Shown here one piece after another: positions 50,421 to 52,852 of a DNA stretch of 52,852 nt (the stretch's first letter is position 1; every line of letters begins with the position of its first letter). Origin of the DNA: Octopus bimaculoides (taxonomy: Eukaryota); the NCBI RefSeq assembly GCF_001194135.2, contig NC_068981.1:60311044-60363895 (forward strand). The letters run 5' to 3'. A model generated the notes under the pieces. That model made no database searches and was not told the DNA's origin. It saw only the letters and a program-made list of their open reading frames with translations. The translations under genes were made by a program, and so were the position numbers.

Positions 50421-51129
50421 AAAATTAAATGATATTGTAGAAGAGTAAAATATGTAGATAAAAACATTACAGCATCTAGCAAATATATTGAGAAAATATA
50501 GCGTAACCACCTGGGTATTCTCAGGTGGGAATTCCATATTTGATAATAAACATTAAATCATTAATCTTTCCTTTGTCAAAGTACTATGATCTCTGACCAA
50601 ACATTACTCCTAATCTACATTTTAACCCGGTTTTGAAACACCTCTGTATATCGTATTAAGGTGACATAAGAATTTAAGGTGAATTCATCATTTCAAAAAC
50701 TGGAGTTAATCTGGTGAAACCAATGCAATTTTTATATTTAGGGCTTCCAAATTACCACAAATTCATTTGAATATTGTTGGCAACTGAAAAAAAAATAGTA
50801 TTTTGCTAGCCAGTGTAACTTTTTTTTTTTTTGAGATAACAAAGCGATTGTGATTCAATACATTATTGATAATAATGTCGCTTATTGATTTATATTAGAA
50901 ACGCTAATTTTCCTTGGAAGTTAATGAAAGAGCGCCTCCGATTGCCATAATTCTAAAGACAATGTTTCTTGATTTAGTTTAAACTCAAAAACTCTATTTG
51001 TACATGGTATTTGGGAACAAGAAAAATATCAGAAGGTAAAGCATGTCACCAAATAGAAAAAATAAAACAATATATTCTTAGAGAAAGACTGTGCACGTGC
51101 AGGTAGTTTCAACAAAACAACCATTCAAA

Positions 51130-51400
51130 AAATTGTTCTGAACCTCATTGGCGGCCTCAACACATCGACGTAAGAGAACTAAATAACAATTGCCCCATGC
51201 TACTTACAGTATCCACGCATCTTTGGCACTATGGAATTGTCAGACAGGTATCCCAGTGGTGGTGTTGCAGACACAACAGTCCAGGAAGTTCAAATCAAGA
51301 GAGGAAGGAAGTCATATGATGTTGAAGGTACATAACAACACAAAGAACTCTTCCGGATTTTGGCGTGTATAAACTATCATATGTTCTACACGTAAGACTT
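51130..51400 (-). mobile_element. Tc1/mariner-superfamily (maT/DD37D-like) transposase C-terminal remnant
   Basis: I*LPSSLDLNFLDCCVC resembles WPPSSPDLNPLDYxVW; downstream RRCVEAANE resembles RRRxEAVIE. Confidence 0.5.
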
Positions 51401-51530
51401 TTACCTGATGTGTTCGTGCGTTACATGCGAATTTCCATACCTTGAGCTGTACGATGATGAATCTCACAGATCTGCAGTTACTATCGATATGTCTGTTATA
51501 GTCAAATAAAAAATTGAGGTATACATTACG

Positions 51531-51686
51531 TTAAATCTAAACAATATGAGAGATTCCTATGTGGATCCCTTGTATGCTAAAAATAGACGTCAAACCGTCT
51601 TACCGATTTAGTGGTAAGACGGTTTGACGTCTATTTTTAGCATACAAGGGATCCACATAGTGATCTCTCATATTGTTTATATTTAA
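51531..51686. repeat. Near-perfect hairpin, 74 bp arms with 8 nt loop
   Basis: 51531-51604 pairs with 51613-51686 with ~3 mismatches; loop gatttagt. Confidence 0.95.
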
Positions 51687-52852
51687 ATAGAATTCACGGT
51701 CCTCGGATATTTTTAAGTATCCTGACCACTAGTTGAAATTTATATCATTTAATAATATTAATTTCTGCTCTTATTATTATGTTTAATGGTTTTCCATGTA
51801 TAACTATTTTGCTCACAAATACGCACGACATCATACATTGCAGGTTTCAAACCTCTTTTTATATTCTTTCTTTTATTCATTTATTCACCACAAATCTATA
51901 GAGGGACAGAAGTCAACAGTAAGTGTTCCGCCAAACTCAAATTAGCCTGAATATGTGATAAACTTGACACTTACATGATAACGATTATGCTTCCAGTAGA
52001 AAGCTTTTTTGGTTCAACAGGCACGTGTGGTGTTTTTGAATGACATGGTCCTGAATATTCAAAGCACTGTGGTGGAGATATAAGAAAATTATAAAATTAC
52101 ACAAAATTTGTAAATTCTCGGGTCTTATATTTTTTGTATTTGTATAAAATGTATAACATATACAGAAATTATTTTCAGTATAAAAGATTCTAACTTGTCA
52201 TTTTTCTTGCTGATTGCACCTGTAATCAACTATTCATGAAACAGTTCCATTCTCTATGCCGTTTTGTGCATAATCTTGTTTAAATACTTAAAACGTTACT
52301 CATCACCATGTAAAGATTATGGTTTGCTAATCAGATCATCTTCGAGATAGGCACATAGCCACACATTTTGGGAGACGATTAATTGATTAAGTCAGTGCTA
52401 GTACTTAACTCGTATTTTATTTTGTTGATCTCAAGAGGAATTTAAACGACATAATTTGAACACAGAAGGCAAAGAGCTGGAACAGGTACTGGAAGTATTT
52501 ATTTGTTTAATGCTCTTACAATTCTACATATCCACCTTCCTGTCGAGGCCATAATGAGACTTTAGTAGAAAGTGGGTTATACATCTTTAGATTGTATACC
52601 TGACTTTCTACTATAAAATTAAAGAAATTGACGGTACGCTGAACTCCAGACTAAACAACTCAAACAACATTTATTTACTTGGTAAAACATACAAATCTTT
52701 TAGTTATACATCTTTAGAGGTGAGAATAACGAGCTGTCTAGTATAAGACTGAAAGATGTAGGGACAGCTTTTAAACACACGTCCATGCTCAATCGCTGGC
52801 CAGCGAGAAAGAGAATGAATTGAGCGGGAAACGCTTGCTTGTTTTATTCTAT

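Noticed and set aside
52770-52830. Short palindromes tcgctggccagcga and agcgggaaacgct
   Set aside because: Too short, with no hammerhead core/GAAA arrangement; expected by chance.

Overview
AT-rich eukaryotic scaffold DNA with 11 N-gaps and dense (TA)n/(CA)n/(AAT)n microsatellites. The repeat families suggest an Octopus genome (inference). No intact protein-coding gene is recognisable, and most of the ORF track is microsatellite or gap artefact. The window is a graveyard of tRNA-derived SINEs, LINE fragments (RTE, R4/Dong-like, L1/Tx1-like, Jockey/CR1-like, and a ~2.6 kb R2-clade Hero-like element) and DNA transposons (a decayed but nearly full-length Chapaev3-like transposase, plus mariner remnants). 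The most notable signal is a set of minimal type-I hammerhead-ribozyme folds of the Penelope-like-element kind. They occur at five loci from four unrelated sequence families, three of them in fold-back palindromes and three of the families embedded in (TA)n. Their catalytic cores differ: canonical CUGACGA, CUGUUGA (two copies), CCGAUGA, and AUGAUUA (apparent C3:G8 to A3:U8 covariation). There are also several long hairpins, an apparent CpG-depletion boundary near 39-40 kb, and a few weak candidate plus-strand micro-exons. All family assignments come from manual translation and motif recognition, not database searches. Coordinates of decayed repeats are approximate.
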